A stretch of DNA of 63,808 nt, counting the filler, from Octopus bimaculoides (lineage: Eukaryota): NCBI RefSeq assembly GCF_001194135.2. It is 3 parts of 2 records of this genome, joined end to end, with 100 filler letters (N's around TTAATTAATTAA, not from the genome) between each part and the next. Parts side by side here need not be neighbours in the genome. Positions count along the whole stretch, not along the records: positions 1 to 31,772 come from NC_068981.1; positions 31,873 to 44,929 come from NC_068996.1; 1 more part is not named here. One strand, 5' to 3'. Of the stretch, positions 27,780-40,402 are shown in pieces (position 1 is the stretch's first letter; the number at the start of each line of letters is the position of its first letter). The notes under the pieces were generated by a model. That model saw nothing but the letters and a program-made list of their open reading frames with translations. It was not told where the DNA came from and searched no databases. A program made the translations under genes and the position numbers.

Positions 27780-28470
27780 TTAGCCTGACAGTGCTATTGG
27801 TAGGGGCCCTGCCTGTTCGAAATAGCCTCTGTAGGTACTGATGTGTTGTCAGATGAACTTGTGCGAGGTGCACGCAAAGTGACGAAACAGTTCTGCACGC
27901 ACTCGTTCAGTGTCTGGGCGTTGCTGACTTGTGGGGTTATGTCAGCCGAGTTTATAGTGATGATTGCCCCGCTGCCCTCCAGTAATCGGACAGGTAAGAC
28001 AGTTTTCATTTGCCAGGTGGCTGTGGCGAAAGGGGTTGAAAGGCATGAGGACAGATAATTTCGTCACTGGTAGAGGTCTCATTGATTTTTCAAGTTTCAC
28101 TTGAAAATGAAATTGAGGGTGGAGAGGGAAGTGCTGTCAACGAGTGAGTTTATTGCAAGGTGGGTGAAAGTTGCGAAAATAGCAAGAGTGGATAGTACCT
28201 CTCTGAGTGTAGACCTGTGAGTCGGAGAGAGAGAATTGGAAGGGGCACTTGGTATTGATGTTCAGAGAGATCTCAGACAGTGGGGTTCCTCGATTATCTC
28301 GAGAGACCATCCCCGCCTTTTAAATTTTATATACTGTGTATATTTCCATTGGACACCTTGTATACTTACATTAAAAAAAAATATCTTATTTCATTATGTG
28401 TAAATCCCCACACTTCATGCCTGTCTTCTTATTGTTTCCCCTCATTCGCCCTGGGTGTAAATAAATGAAA
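27780..28470 (+). mobile_element. Tx1-clade LINE 3' fragment
   Basis: GALPVRNSL..., zinc knuckle CARCTQSDETVLHALVQC, C-terminus FFKFHLKMKLRVEREVLSTSEFIARWVKVAKIARV...DL*, then 3' UTR ending GCCCTGGGTGTAAATAAATGAAAT. Confidence 0.8.
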
Positions 28471-28917
28471 TCATGAATACCATTATCATTATTGAATAAG
28501 GCAGCGAACTGGCAGAATGGTTAGCACACGAAGAAAAATGCTTTAAAAGGTCATTATTATTCATAAAAATAACGTTAGTAGCCGCAACCATAAAAGTCGT
28601 ATAAGTCAAATTAATATATATATATATATATATAATATATATTCTATACATATTTTTATACTTTATAGGTCACTAATAAGCACCTGGAATTCGTTCTGCA
28701 AACTTTGAGGTGGTAAGACAATTCTTATTCACTTAAATGTTTTCCTATCATGTCTGTAAAAATTGAATGATTCTTCTGTATCTTCGGAGCGCTTATTAGT
28801 ACCCTATTATACATAAATATATTTCTATATGTTATATATATTTATTAATTTTGCCTATACGGCTTTCATGCTTACCGCCTCTAACATTGTTATTTTTAGG
28901 AATAATAATGTTCTTCA

Positions 28918-28950
<33 letters not shown>

Positions 28951-30109
28951 CGTGTGTGTGTGTGTGTGTACACAAAGTGTTTTCCTGTCTCCCGTTTGAG
29001 AAGTTGATGCGTATGTGAATACAAAGTTTCTTGTTCAGTTGTCTATCGCAATTTTGACAAAGCCACAGTAGCAAAAGCAACAATGAATTCAAAGCCTACA
29101 GAATAACTCTTCCGGTGAATGTGTCATAACACATCTTAAAGAAACAAAACTAGTCAGCTTTTCCTTGCAGATCATAAATTCTTTTGTCAAAGACTTACAT
29201 GAAACGTTAAAAAGTATGAAATCTACTGGGATGTGTAAGCTATTCTTCAGTTTCGTTTGATATAGAGATTGTACATCGAAATATTTCAAGACTTTTACAT
29301 AATATTGGTTATGCAAAATTCGCAGGCAAGGGAAACTGCAAAATGTCATATAAAATAAAGAAGTAAATGAAATTATTCTATGTGAAGTGTACAATATTTT
29401 TCATTGTAAATTCCGAAAATTATTATAAATTATGGAAATTGTACAAAACATGCTACAGAATTTGAATGTAATCTGTAATGTTATAAACATTTTCATTGTT
29501 ATGAATATATTTTGATAAAACCTAGCTGTCCAATATTTATTTCGTTGTTTGTGTTTCAAGCAAATTTCAAATTATCCATATTTTGGATTATTCTGCGACC
29601 AAATATTTGGTCTGTTATATGTCTGTCTGTATGTATGTGTGTGTGTATGTATGTAAGTGTGTGTATGCGTATGTATGTGTGTACAGTATTTTGTTTTATG
29701 ATTGTGTCCACACAATATGACTCGAAGGAAAAGAAATATTTTCAAAACTCATGGAAAATATCAGCGAATTCATATATAAGTCACTTCCTCAGAGACGTGC
29801 ATACATAATTGCATAGACATACACATACAGACATACTTCGTGTACAAGTAGTTTAGAAATTTATTTAATCCTTTAGCAGATTCCAATACTTGTGAATTCT
29901 GGCCATACTAAAGCATGGTTTAATGCTTATGATCACTATCATGTTATGTATTATATTTGTATCTTTTTAAACATACGTCTGTGTACAACAAGCAAGTGGA
30001 TCCGTGAGTCACTAGGGGTTGATGCGCACGAATATTATGACCTTATAAAAAGCAACAGTACACCATGTAACTATACATCCCCCACACAAACTGACACATA
30101 TATGTTTTA

Positions 30110-30465
30110 TCTTTTACCTGTTTCAGTCATTAGACAGCTGCGATGCTGGGGCACAGTCTTGAATTTTTAGTCAAATGAATCGACCCCAGTGCTTATTTTT
30201 TAATTCTGGTACTTATTCTATAGATCACTTTTTCCGAACCGCTAAGTTACGGGGACGTAAACACAACTACACCGGTTGTCAAGTGGTGACGGAGAACAAA
30301 CAGACACACACATAAATATATATACATATGTATATGATGGGCTTTTTTCAATTACCGTCTACCAAATCCACTCAAGCTCTTGGTCAAGGCTATAGAAGAC
30401 ACTTGCCCATGGTGCCCCGCAGTGGGACTAAACCCAGAACCATATGTTTGGGAAGCAAGCTTCTT
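30110..30465 (-). mobile_element. SINE-A lacking its first about 20 nt
   Basis: The head stops at AAGAAGCTTGC, the same position as the 11855-12199 copy. Confidence 0.85.
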
Positions 30466-31772
30466 TATTTCTTATAATTTGCCACAAGGGCATTACACAG
30501 AAGCAGTTGCGGGCTAGACTAGGACATTAATGAGATGAATGATAATAAAATTAAATGATAAAATAGGGGAGACAAGTAGCACCGCCGACCACCGTCTCCC
30601 GAAAACAATGTTCTCTCCTGTAATTTACAGAATATGAGGTTACAAACCTCTTACAATTTAAACGAAGCTTTTATATTTCTTACAATAAAAACTTTAGTCC
30701 TCAAAATTTTCAATGTCTGTAAGTTCTTCCTGGCTCTCCACCATTCCTCATGCGTCACTAAACCTTAGGTCGGTTGTCATTTCTGGACCACCAGGCCAGC
30801 AGTGATATTACTCTTTGGGGAGGACTTCATCCAACTTTTGCAACACGTTCACCTCTATGACCTCCACAGCTATCTGCGGAGGCCATTCGGGATTCTGCCT
30901 GCAAGTCAGAAACTCTCTTCTCCTATGTTCTTTCACAATTTTTTCTATTTTTCCCTCTATAGAAGAAGACAAGTAATTCATCTCCCGTAAGGGAAAGGGA
31001 TATCTCTTCCATCGTCGGAGTTACAATTCCTGCCGGCGATAGCTCTTCCACTGTCGGTGCTACAATTCCCACCGACAATTCCCAACGTCCGTCAGCAGCT
31101 TAACCGTCGGCACACCATTTTTTCCTTTTTCCGGTGGGAAGGGAGGAGTCCTCGGGTTTATCCGGGAATCCCCCTTCCGCCTCTACATTACTTATGTGAG
31201 GTTTCGGCGAGCTACTATTAGTACTCACCTTTCTCTTTCTTCCTCTTTCAGGTAAGGCCTCCACCTCATTTTTTTCCACCTGCTGAGCAGGACTGCGTTC
31301 TTTATTAATTGATTGCTCCTGGGCCACTCTCTGGTCCTGGCGACAATCTTTCTTTATATGGCCGGGCTCCAGGCACCCGTGATACTTGGTCCGAAAAGTA
31401 GTCTGAAAAAACCAGACTGTTAGCGGCTAACTGGGTCCACAGAGTCAACACAGCTTTTGCTCCGAACCAATCAGCTGCCGGCAACACTTTTACATTTAAC
31501 CATTTGGTGTTCTTACTGCCACCAAGTCCCCGTTGGATAGTTTCTGCTATCCACTCAGGCTTAAACCCTGGCGGCAACCCACACACCCACGCACGCTTGC
31601 ATTTTCTCCCACAATATGAGGGGAGAAATAAAATCCTTTCCCCTTCCAGGGGCTGACTGGCGAACTTACACGGCATCTCCGGAGTCTCGAACAGCAACCA
31701 TACAGTTGCATATTTGGGACCCCTGGCAATATGCCTTATCGTCGGCATATATTCCGCCAGTTCTTCTTCTTT
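30466..31772 (-). mobile_element. ORF1-only (HAL1-like) Tx1/L1-type element, decayed
   Basis: Frameshifted gag-like ORF with knuckle (Y)HGCLEPGHIKKDC and in-frame 39-bp repeats at about 30999-31080. About 230 bp of UTR then leads straight to the tail GCCCTTGTGGCAAATTATAAGAAAATA. No ORF2 seen. Confidence 0.65.
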
Positions 31773-31872
31773 NNNNNNNNNNNNNNNNNNNNNNNNNNNN
31801 NNNNNNNNNNNNNNNNTTAATTAATTAANNNNNNNNNNNNNNNNNNNNNNNNNNNNNNNNNNNNNNNNNNNN
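31773..31872. other. Artificial 100-bp assembly spacer
   Basis: 44 N + TTAATTAATTAA + 44 N; an identical construct lies at 44930-45029. Confidence 0.95.
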
Positions 31873-32059
31873 ACCAGGACTTACAAATATATATAACATA
31901 CAGAAAATTGCACTACTGCACACATCCAACGTAAAACACTTTCAATACAGTAAACATAAGAGCACCACAGCAAACCACAGCACATACCCAAGGCGCACAG
32001 AGCTGCGCTCGGTAGTGAAGTGAAAGCACGTTATAAAAATAAAACTACTGAATAATAAT

Positions 32060-32154
32060 AATAATAATAAAAAGCGTGGCTTGCCAAGCTGAGGGCCATG
32101 ATGATAATGATAATGATGATGATGATGATGATGATGATAATGATGATAATGATA

Positions 32155-32201
<47 letters not shown>

Positions 32202-32250
32202 GGTGGTGATGATGATGATGATGACGACGACGATAACAGCAACAATAATT
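32060..32250. repeat. Compound trinucleotide microsatellite (AAT/GAT/GGT)
   Basis: Directly visible; source of the poly-H, poly-D and poly-M ORFs. Confidence 0.95.
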
Positions 32251-32879
32251 ACGGACAAGAAAGTCAAAGAGATAATCAAGAGAATACCACTTATCTTTAA
32301 ATTCCTCCTCCAACGCCATTCCCAACAAATAAAGTTTTAAATTAGGTCATTATGACTAATGAATCTAGCGTTAACAACTCAATGTAAGATAGTTATTTAT
32401 CCACCCAAGATTTAAGAACTGCTAAAACCATTTTATGAGGTCTCGCCGAAATATAGCACTAAATATATCAGAATCGACCCGGCTTGTTAGCAATCTCATA
32501 AGCATTGTATACAAATACGTAGGAACGAAAAACCGGAAAAAATTTGCAAACGACACAGCAAGAAATCGTGATGTACCTCATTCTGATCTGGTGCACCAAA
32601 ACGTGCGCCGCAAGGGCAAAATGTTTGACACGTATGATGTGGCATCTCTGAAAGAATATTGTACGTGTGCCGAAATGATCCACATATACATATTCCTTGG
32701 CTATTGAAGAGTAAAGATGAAGATCGTTGATGTACTCCCTGAAATAAACATCTGCTAGTTTGTGACAGCTGTTCGCATATATAGGCATTGGTGTGAATAT
32801 GGCTAAGAAGTCCGTTTTGAAGTTACAAGGTTTCGATTTCAGTTCCACTGCATGGCACTTGACAGGATATTTTCAGGAT

Positions 32880-33170
32880 AGACGTGGGCCAACCCATGCC
32901 TTGTGAGTGAATTTGGTAGATGGAAATTGTACTGAAGCCCAGCTCGTCGTACATTGCGTCTGTTCGTATGTGCATGCGCGTCTTCATGTGTTCTGTTATA
33001 CCGCTTGGCAACCGATGTGAGTTTGTTTACGTCCAGTTCGACGGAAGGAACCAATAGAATAAGTACCAAACTTAAAAAGTGGGGTTGATTTGTTCCATTA
33101 AACTGTTCAAGGCAGTGCCCCAATATGGCCGCAGTCGAATAGCTTAAACATGTAAAAGTGCAAAAGAGTA
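32880..33170 (+). mobile_element. SINE-A body and tail, degenerate
   Basis: GCCTTGTGAGTGAATTTGGTAGATGGAAA ... CAATATGGCCGCAGTCGAAT. Confidence 0.7.
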
Positions 33171-33919
33171 TCTTCTTTTAGAAAAGTAAGACCGAACAAA
33201 AACGTAATAATACATTTATGTGGTCAAAGATACAATTCAATCTGAAATACTGAAGTGATGGTTATAGCTGTTCATCATAGGTACACTTGTGCGTTAGAGC
33301 CTAGGGCTAAAAAACAACAACAACAATAGTAGTAGTAGTGTTTTTCGAACATCTGTCTGAGGAAAGTCTCTTAATTTCTTTCGTTTTCAAGACAAAACAA
33401 TCTGAATTATTTTACTAAACGACATTTGGTTTTATTCTCATACGATAAATTGTGGAGTTTGCATTCGACAATCATTGGAATTGACGTTGAAATGAGTATT
33501 GGGAACGATTTATCAGCGTTCTGTTGAAAATGATGAAACAGATGTGACATACAGAACAGGGACGTTTTAAAATGCTCTTCTGCGTATCACATGCCGAAGA
33601 GAGCTTTTATAAGATATCAAGTAAGCTTTTGTCTATTTCAAAACGAACATTGTTGGCTTATGAATGGTAGCGATTTGTGAATCAGGGGTTAACGGGAAGT
33701 TTTGGGAGTGGATTGTTATTTAGAGCGAGACAAGGTAGAGGAATGGAAAATGATTATTTTTTTCGGGCATATTTGCATTAAACGCCGAGCAGAAGGCAGT
33801 TTCAATGATTTGTGTTTGTTAGGGTGAAGAACTGATCAGGACTGTAGTATACGCATGTACGGAGAAGATATAACGCCTTTAATTGAAATATAGAAAGGAA
33901 GTCCCGAAACTTTTTCAAT

Positions 33920-34235
33920 TTTATAGTCGGTGTCGAAATAACTGCAAGGCTAAAATGATAGTTCTAACATGAGTTTGGTGAGAGGTGGAGACAAACGTTG
34001 AGCTTAGTGAATCTGTCAGCAGATGTATAATGAACTGAGGTGGAAATGTCAATAGTGGTAACGATATTTGAAAGAAGATTGTAAAAATATCAGAGGCGAG
34101 AATAATTAGTAAATTAAAGAGTTGGGTGGAAGGCATTAATGAAAGAAATTAAGTCAATAGGTTTATCGCCAGCGAGTGCAGTAGTGTTGATACAGACATC
34201 GATGTAACGAGCGTAGAATTATCATAGTTATAGAA
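33920..34235 (-). mobile_element. Penelope-like element, reverse transcriptase fragment
   Basis: Minus strand FYARYIDVC (RYIDD motif), LISFINAFHPTL*FT, TSVHY and STSHQTHVRTII..LQLFRHRL. Confidence 0.65.
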
Positions 34236-34849
34236 ACTTTCCTTTCTCTGAGATAACATAGTACTCTAAGTGCAGTTCCACGTTTATGAACCCATTAATT
34301 TTATACATGGTGTTTCAAGTGCATAAATTAATTTAATCTTAAACTGGCTAGCTTTTGCACAAATCAGTAAATATTTTATTTACGTTATTTTTAAAAAATT
34401 ATTATTTTTATCGGAAATAGCATTTGGAGCTGAGCTCGGAATGTTCAGGATATCCGTTACTGAGAAGACCAAATAAACTTGAAACAACGTGCCTGGTGGC
34501 TCATTAACATTCTGACCAAAGTCCTGTTTTTCTTATTACACAGAATCATCTCTGAGATGATTCTCTGATGTAAATATTACATTTATACTGTTCAATATTT
34601 GTATGTATATAAATATTATAGACACCGATATTGGAGTCACTTTGGTATTTTTCCTGCTATTGGAACCAATGGAGCCGATGAATTTACGTGACATGATATT
34701 TAACTATACCATTTTAAGTTATGAATTGAAAACATCCTTGGGGTGACTTCATATTTCGTCTCCGCTGAATCGATGAATCGAATACCAATCAATTTATAGC
34801 GTCGGACATATCGACTATATATTTCTTCAACAGTTTAGAATTTAACAAG

Positions 34850-35015
34850 AATAATAATTCTTTATACTATCGACACAAGGGCCGAAATTTTGAAAGAGAG
34901 GCTTAATCGATCACATCGAGCTCAGTTCGCAACTGGTACTTATTTAATCGACCCCGAAAGGATGAAAGGCAAAGTTGACCTCGGCGGAATTTGAACTCAG
35001 AACGTAAAGACGGAT
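34850..35015 (-). mobile_element. SINE-B with missing 5' head
   Basis: High similarity to the SINE-B copies at 40625-41080. Confidence 0.85.
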
Positions 35016-35800
35016 AACGCTTTCTTTATGCCTGCTCAATTGGAGCAATCTTGCCGCATTCACCCACCTTTCGATAAAATTGCTGGGAAGCAGCACTTCC
35101 CTCTCTGCCTTCACCTTCCTTTTCAAGTGAAACTTGAAAAACTTGATGAGGGCTTGGCTAAAGAGGAAAGTATCTTTCTGCTAGCGCTTCCAATCTGGTC
35201 CACCACACAACCTCTATCGATAAGGCGACCAGATAAATAAGCACTGCCTTCCCTCCCGGCCAAAGAAAAGCAGCGGGACGATCTTTACAATGGACTCAGC
35301 TGATAGCCGGATCCGTCCTTTACGTGACAGCAAGTGTTCGACATATACCCACAAGTCATAAATGCTCAGGTACTAGACGAGAGCATGCAGAAGAGTTTCG
35401 TCGTTCTACATGCATTTCGGGTATGCCCAGCTAACAGTATTTCTGTCTGTAGAGTTTATCCCGAACCGGCAATGCTCCTCGGTAGCACTACCAAGCTAGG
35501 GATTTCTGGAAATTATCCATGAGCCCCGGTCCGAAAATCCTCCATAACATACTAGCTAGTTGATTCTCATAGACTCCCAGAGTCTTCCCGAAAACGACGT
35601 AATACTTACCTGCTACTAACCCTCTATAGAACGCCTGGGCGGGACTTCCACAGACTGCATTACCCGACTGACAGAAGACAGTGGGCGCCTGGCCTCGGTC
35701 TACGTTTGACTGCAGCTCAGTCAAAGAAACAAGCTGCAGAAGAGCCAGTTTCACATTCGGTGACCACACCTGCCCATCATCATGGAAGTGCTGGAAATGT
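35016..35800 (-). mobile_element. Tx1-clade LINE ORF2 3' fragment
   Basis: QAFYRGLV...LWRIFGPGLMDNFQKSLAW, NDETLLHALV, and KRKVKAEREVLLPSNFIERWVNAAR; same family type as 27780-28470. Confidence 0.8.
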
Positions 35801-36453
35801 ATTATTTTCAAAAATGTATGCGTTACCAACTTCACATAATTTTTATGCTCGGTGGTCTGCTATTTGTTTAATATAATGTAGTTATTGTGTGTGAAGTTTG
35901 TATTTTGGTGTATGTCGTCTATAATTTTTTTTTTATATTGGTTGTATTTAAAGGTGTGTAGCGAGTGATTTCTTTTCCTTTTGTTCTTGTTGGGGGATGT
36001 GTTCTAACAGTTGGTGCGTGTGTGTGCTTGTGCTTACGGTGTTGATGCTTGTATTAACGCTGGTGGTGGTGGTGGTGGTGGTTTTCATCGTGCTAGTGTG
36101 TAGCTGTTGTTTGGGGTGGTGCTGGTACATCGTGGCTTGAAGGCATCTCCCCCATTTATTCATAATACGCATTTCTTTTATTGGCATATTTTCGTTTCTT
36201 TTTGCTTCTTTTTTTTTTGGTTTCTTTGTTGCTGTTTGCCATTTGGACTCCGCCCATTCACATTCACTAGGTCACAATGTCTGTTTGGTGTGAATCGTGG
36301 AGTGACATATCTTGGGAAGGTCTCTGGTGTTGTTCTGCTGATATAGTTGCTGTTTTGAGGTTTCACTTGTGTTGCTGTTGTTGATGCTGTTGTCGTGTTG
36401 TGACTGTTACTGTTGTGTTTTGTCGTTGTTGCTGCTGCTCCTGCTGCTATAAC

Positions 36454-36509
<56 letters not shown>

Positions 36510-37739
36510 TAAATACTGTAGTCACTGCTGTTACTGTTGTTATTGCCCTTTACGCAGCTGCTTATTTTATTCTTGCTGTTACTGATGCAGTTTTCTGTCG
36601 TTGTTGGAACAGTGTGTCTGCTATTTTTGCAATCGGTGTTGTTATTGTGGTGGTTCTCGTGTCGGCAAAAGCGGAAGTCTCCTCCGTGGACAGAAAACTT
36701 TGAGGTAGTTTGTGTTACAACGCAGTTGATACCTCAGCCTTCTCCCTACAACGGCTGAGTATAATTTTATGCTGTCTGGCAGATTGTTCAGTTCTGGAAT
36801 GGCTTCCTTGCTTTGGTTATACATATTGATCAATAGATCCATCCCTTTCATAATAATCTCTTGGCCTCGTTAATGTTTATTTTTTTTTTTTTTGTAGTAT
36901 CTGTACTCCTAGGATGATGGATTTTCCCCGCTATATCAAAAAGGACAGCTTCCACTAACCAGGAAATATTTGGTTCTGTGGACACGTTAACAATTTGTAT
37001 TTTGATTACCTTCCGTCACTTATTAGGGTTGTTTCATAGTGTTTCCAGACTTTATCATCTATAGATGCTGTGTTGAACTCTTTTTTTTTTTTTTTTTCTC
37101 AGGATATGTATATTTTCGCCATTAGACTGGCCCGATGCTCCTTTTAGTCTACATCTGTGTCGCCTCCTCTATATCTTTTTTACAATTCATCTAAATTTGG
37201 TTTGTAGCTGGATGGATTCTGAGCTGCTAAGCGCCTCGTTTCAGCTACATCTCTTTAAGAGATTTTTTTACATTCCTAAATCTTCTAGATTTTTAAAAAA
37301 TTTCCTCTACCATTTGCTAACACTAGATTTGCAAGTTTCATTTTCATGTTTGCATGTTACTGTTAATTTTGTTGGTGTTGTTGTTGTTGTTGTTGTTTGG
37401 TGATGGTAGTAGTGTTGGAAATATGGGAAGTCTGTGTCAAAATTACTCTTCCAATTTCTAGCTCCAGCCCCTTGGCAATTTGCGGAAAATTTCAATGCCG
37501 TATTTTGCTATTTACTTTTTTTTTTTAAATGCTAGATCTTTAGCAAGTAAAATTTCAAATTCTGCCCTCAAAAAGCAAATTCACCAAAGCAAAATAGCAG
37601 CAGACAGACAAAGCTAGTTCGCTATTCAACGAGATGATAAAGCAAAAATGCAAATAAGGTTCTTTAAAACAAAATAGGATATTTTCCTCAAGAACACCGA
37701 ACAGATGTCTTCCTCTTTGTCTTTCTAACACCAAAACGT

Positions 37740-37775
37740 TTATACTAAACGTTTATACTAAACGTTTATACTAAA
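37740..37775. repeat. 13-bp tandem repeat (AAACGTTTATACT) x3, starting at about 37735
   Basis: Directly visible. Confidence 0.85.
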
Positions 37776-37819
37776 ACATTGCTGAATCAAACTATAAGGT
37801 ACACTTATATGGATATCAG

Positions 37820-38230
37820 TGGAGGCATAATGGCGCAGTGGTTAGGGCAGCGGACACGCGGTCAGAGGATCGCGGTTTCTCCTTCAGATCATTCAGACAT
37901 GTTATGTAACAAACAGTGGAGGCGCAATGGCCCAGTGGTTAGAGCAGCGGACTCGCGGTTTCGATTCCCAGACCGGGTGTTGTGTGTGTTTATTGAGCGA
38001 AAACACCTAAAGCTCCACGAGACTCCGGCAGGGGGTGGTAGCGACCCCTGTTGTACTCTTTCGCCCCAACTTTCTCTCACTCTTTCTTCCTGTTTCTTGA
38101 GTAACGCTGCGATGGACTGACGTCCCGTCCATCTGGGGAGATGGAGGGAACACATACGCCATAGGAACCGGGAAATCGGGCACATGAGCCTAGCTTGGGC
38201 GCATAAAAAAGGGCGCATAAAACAGGGCGC
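37820..38230 (+). mobile_element. SINE-C, tail variant 2, preceded by a duplicated head fragment
   Basis: GGCGCAATGGCCCAGTGGTTAGAGC head at about 37920 and an earlier head at about 37822; ends in (GGGCGCATAAAA..) x3. Confidence 0.8.
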
Positions 38231-38389
38231 ATAAAAAATTGTAAAAATATATGGATATCAAGCCCATAGCTTGCGTCACCTCTACGAAATTGTTCATTCA
38301 TGACTTTCATAATAATGCTTATCTTTTTAAAATATTTTTCACATACCTCTAAGAAGGTCTAGACTACAATTGCAGTATCTTTTATATTT

Positions 38390-38580
38390 TACTTTTTACA
38401 TGATTCAGTCAATAGATTGCGGCCAAGCTGGGGCACCGCCTTGAAGAATTTTTAGTCGAATGAATTGACCCCAATACTTTGTAAGCCTGGTACTTATTCT
38501 ATTGGACTCTTTTGCCGAACCACCAAGTTACGAGGGTGTAAAAACATCATCACCTGCTTCAAGCAGTATAGTGGGATACA
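38390..38580 (-). mobile_element. SINE-A tail
   Basis: TTGCGGCCAAGCTGGGGCACCGCCTTGAAG...; the rest is lost in (CA)n and an N gap. Confidence 0.75.
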
Positions 38581-38622
38581 CACACACGCACACACACAGA
38601 CACAGACACAGACACACACACG

Positions 38623-38689
<67 letters not shown>

Positions 38690-39254
38690 NNNNNNNNNNN
38701 NNNNNNNNNNNNNNNNNNNNNNNNNNNNNNNNNNNNNNNNNNNNNNNNNNNNNNNNNNNNNNNNNNNNNNNNNNNNNNNNNNNNNNNNNNNNNNNNNNNN
38801 NNNNNNNNNNNNNNNNNNNNNNNNNNNNNNNNNNNNNNNNNNNNNNNNNNNNNNNNNNNNNNNNNNNNNNNNNNNNNNNNNNNNNNNNNNNNNNNNNNNN
38901 NNNNNNNNNNNNNNNNNNNNNNNNNNNNNNNNNNNNNNNNNNNNNNNNNNNNNNNNNNNNNNNNNNNNNNNNNNNNNNNNNNNNNNNNNNNNNNNNNTAT
39001 ATATAGTGAGAATTTACAAAAAACAAAAGACAGGTGTGTAAACAACAAACAGATGTATTAGTTTAACGCTTGGGAAGTGAGAAAGTCTTTTACGTTTCGA
39101 GCCTACGGTCTTCGACAGAAAAACAGAAATAAAGAGAGGGAGAAAATAAAAAGAAGTTTAGTGGCTAGCGATCTATCATGGCGAATGTATTCGCAAGCAT
39201 ATACATATATATGCACACATATATTCACACACATACATACACACATGCACATGG

Positions 39255-39350
39255 CTCCGTAGAAAAAATCGCAAGATATCAAGTCAGGTGAACGAGGTGA
39301 TCGTCTCAACAGCACATTGTCATCATCACTGGCATACCCAATCCAAACTT
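39255..39350 (-). mobile_element. Tc1/mariner transposase fragment
   Basis: Minus strand SPRSPDLISCDFF, a variant of the WPPRSPDLTPCDFF motif. Confidence 0.6.
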
Positions 39351-40237
39351 GGTTTTAACACATTTTGTTAAAATTTGAGATCATTTATTAAACTACGATG
39401 TCAATTCTTTTTATTTTGGCGGTGGGAGATACCTTGTACATACACACACATTCTAACATACGCATATAAATAGACAAATGAGCATATTCACGCACCCCAC
39501 ACATTCATACGTACACCTATCCATCCATGCATCCAAAACACATACGCAAACACACACGCGCGCATACAGCAGACACTAACGCACGCGAATACCCGTATAC
39601 ACACATACCCACACACACACACACGCTCACACAGCTGATTCACGAACAACTGATGTACACAGCTGATATAGACACACTTGTATACGCGTGCACAAACACA
39701 CACGCATAACTGATACAAACCCACACGTATACACACCCTAGCAAACACGTACTTACACACCATCGAGGTGAAGCCACGAGGTCATACGCACGAGTTACCT
39801 TACACCGACATCTACTCACGCGCGCGCGCGCGCACACACACACACACACACCATACACAAACATCCACGCAGTAATACCACAGGTATGCACACACCCACA
39901 CGTCCTCACACTCTCACCAGAGTTTAACGTCGCCTAAATTTCTCACACATATTCAGACAGCGAGACGCCACCAACAACCTGTCCAGCCACGCGGTCGAAG
40001 AAATACAGATTTTTGGAGGGGTGTCTATTTGATATATTTGATTGATGTCGCTGATGTTTCAAAGATGTATTCCACAGCCGCGTGATCTGCCTTGATCGAT
40101 AACTACCCAATTTCTATTAGCCATGTTCAAGTTCTTCCACCTCAGCATTCGGTCGCTTATGCTTGACGAGCTAGGTTCCAATGAAAAGCTAACGAAAATT
40201 TAGGTTGCATGGTGCTGAACCAAACTGTTTTAAAATT

Positions 40238-40326
<89 letters not shown>

Positions 40327-40336
40327 CACCAACAAC

Positions 40337-40399
<63 letters not shown>

Positions 40400-40402
<3 letters not shown>

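Noticed and set aside
5101-30465. Five near-complete SINE-A copies all on the minus strand
   Set aside because: Small sample, and plus-strand copies occur elsewhere in the window.
31942-32340. Poly-His, poly-Asp and poly-Met ORFs
   Set aside because: Translations of a compound microsatellite; no splice or homology support.
32435-32848. Cys-containing ORFs resembling a piggyBac C-terminus
   Set aside because: No correct Cys spacing and no TTAA-bounded ends found.
36642-36851. 69-aa minus-strand ORF with normal composition
   Set aside because: No recognisable domain or splice context.
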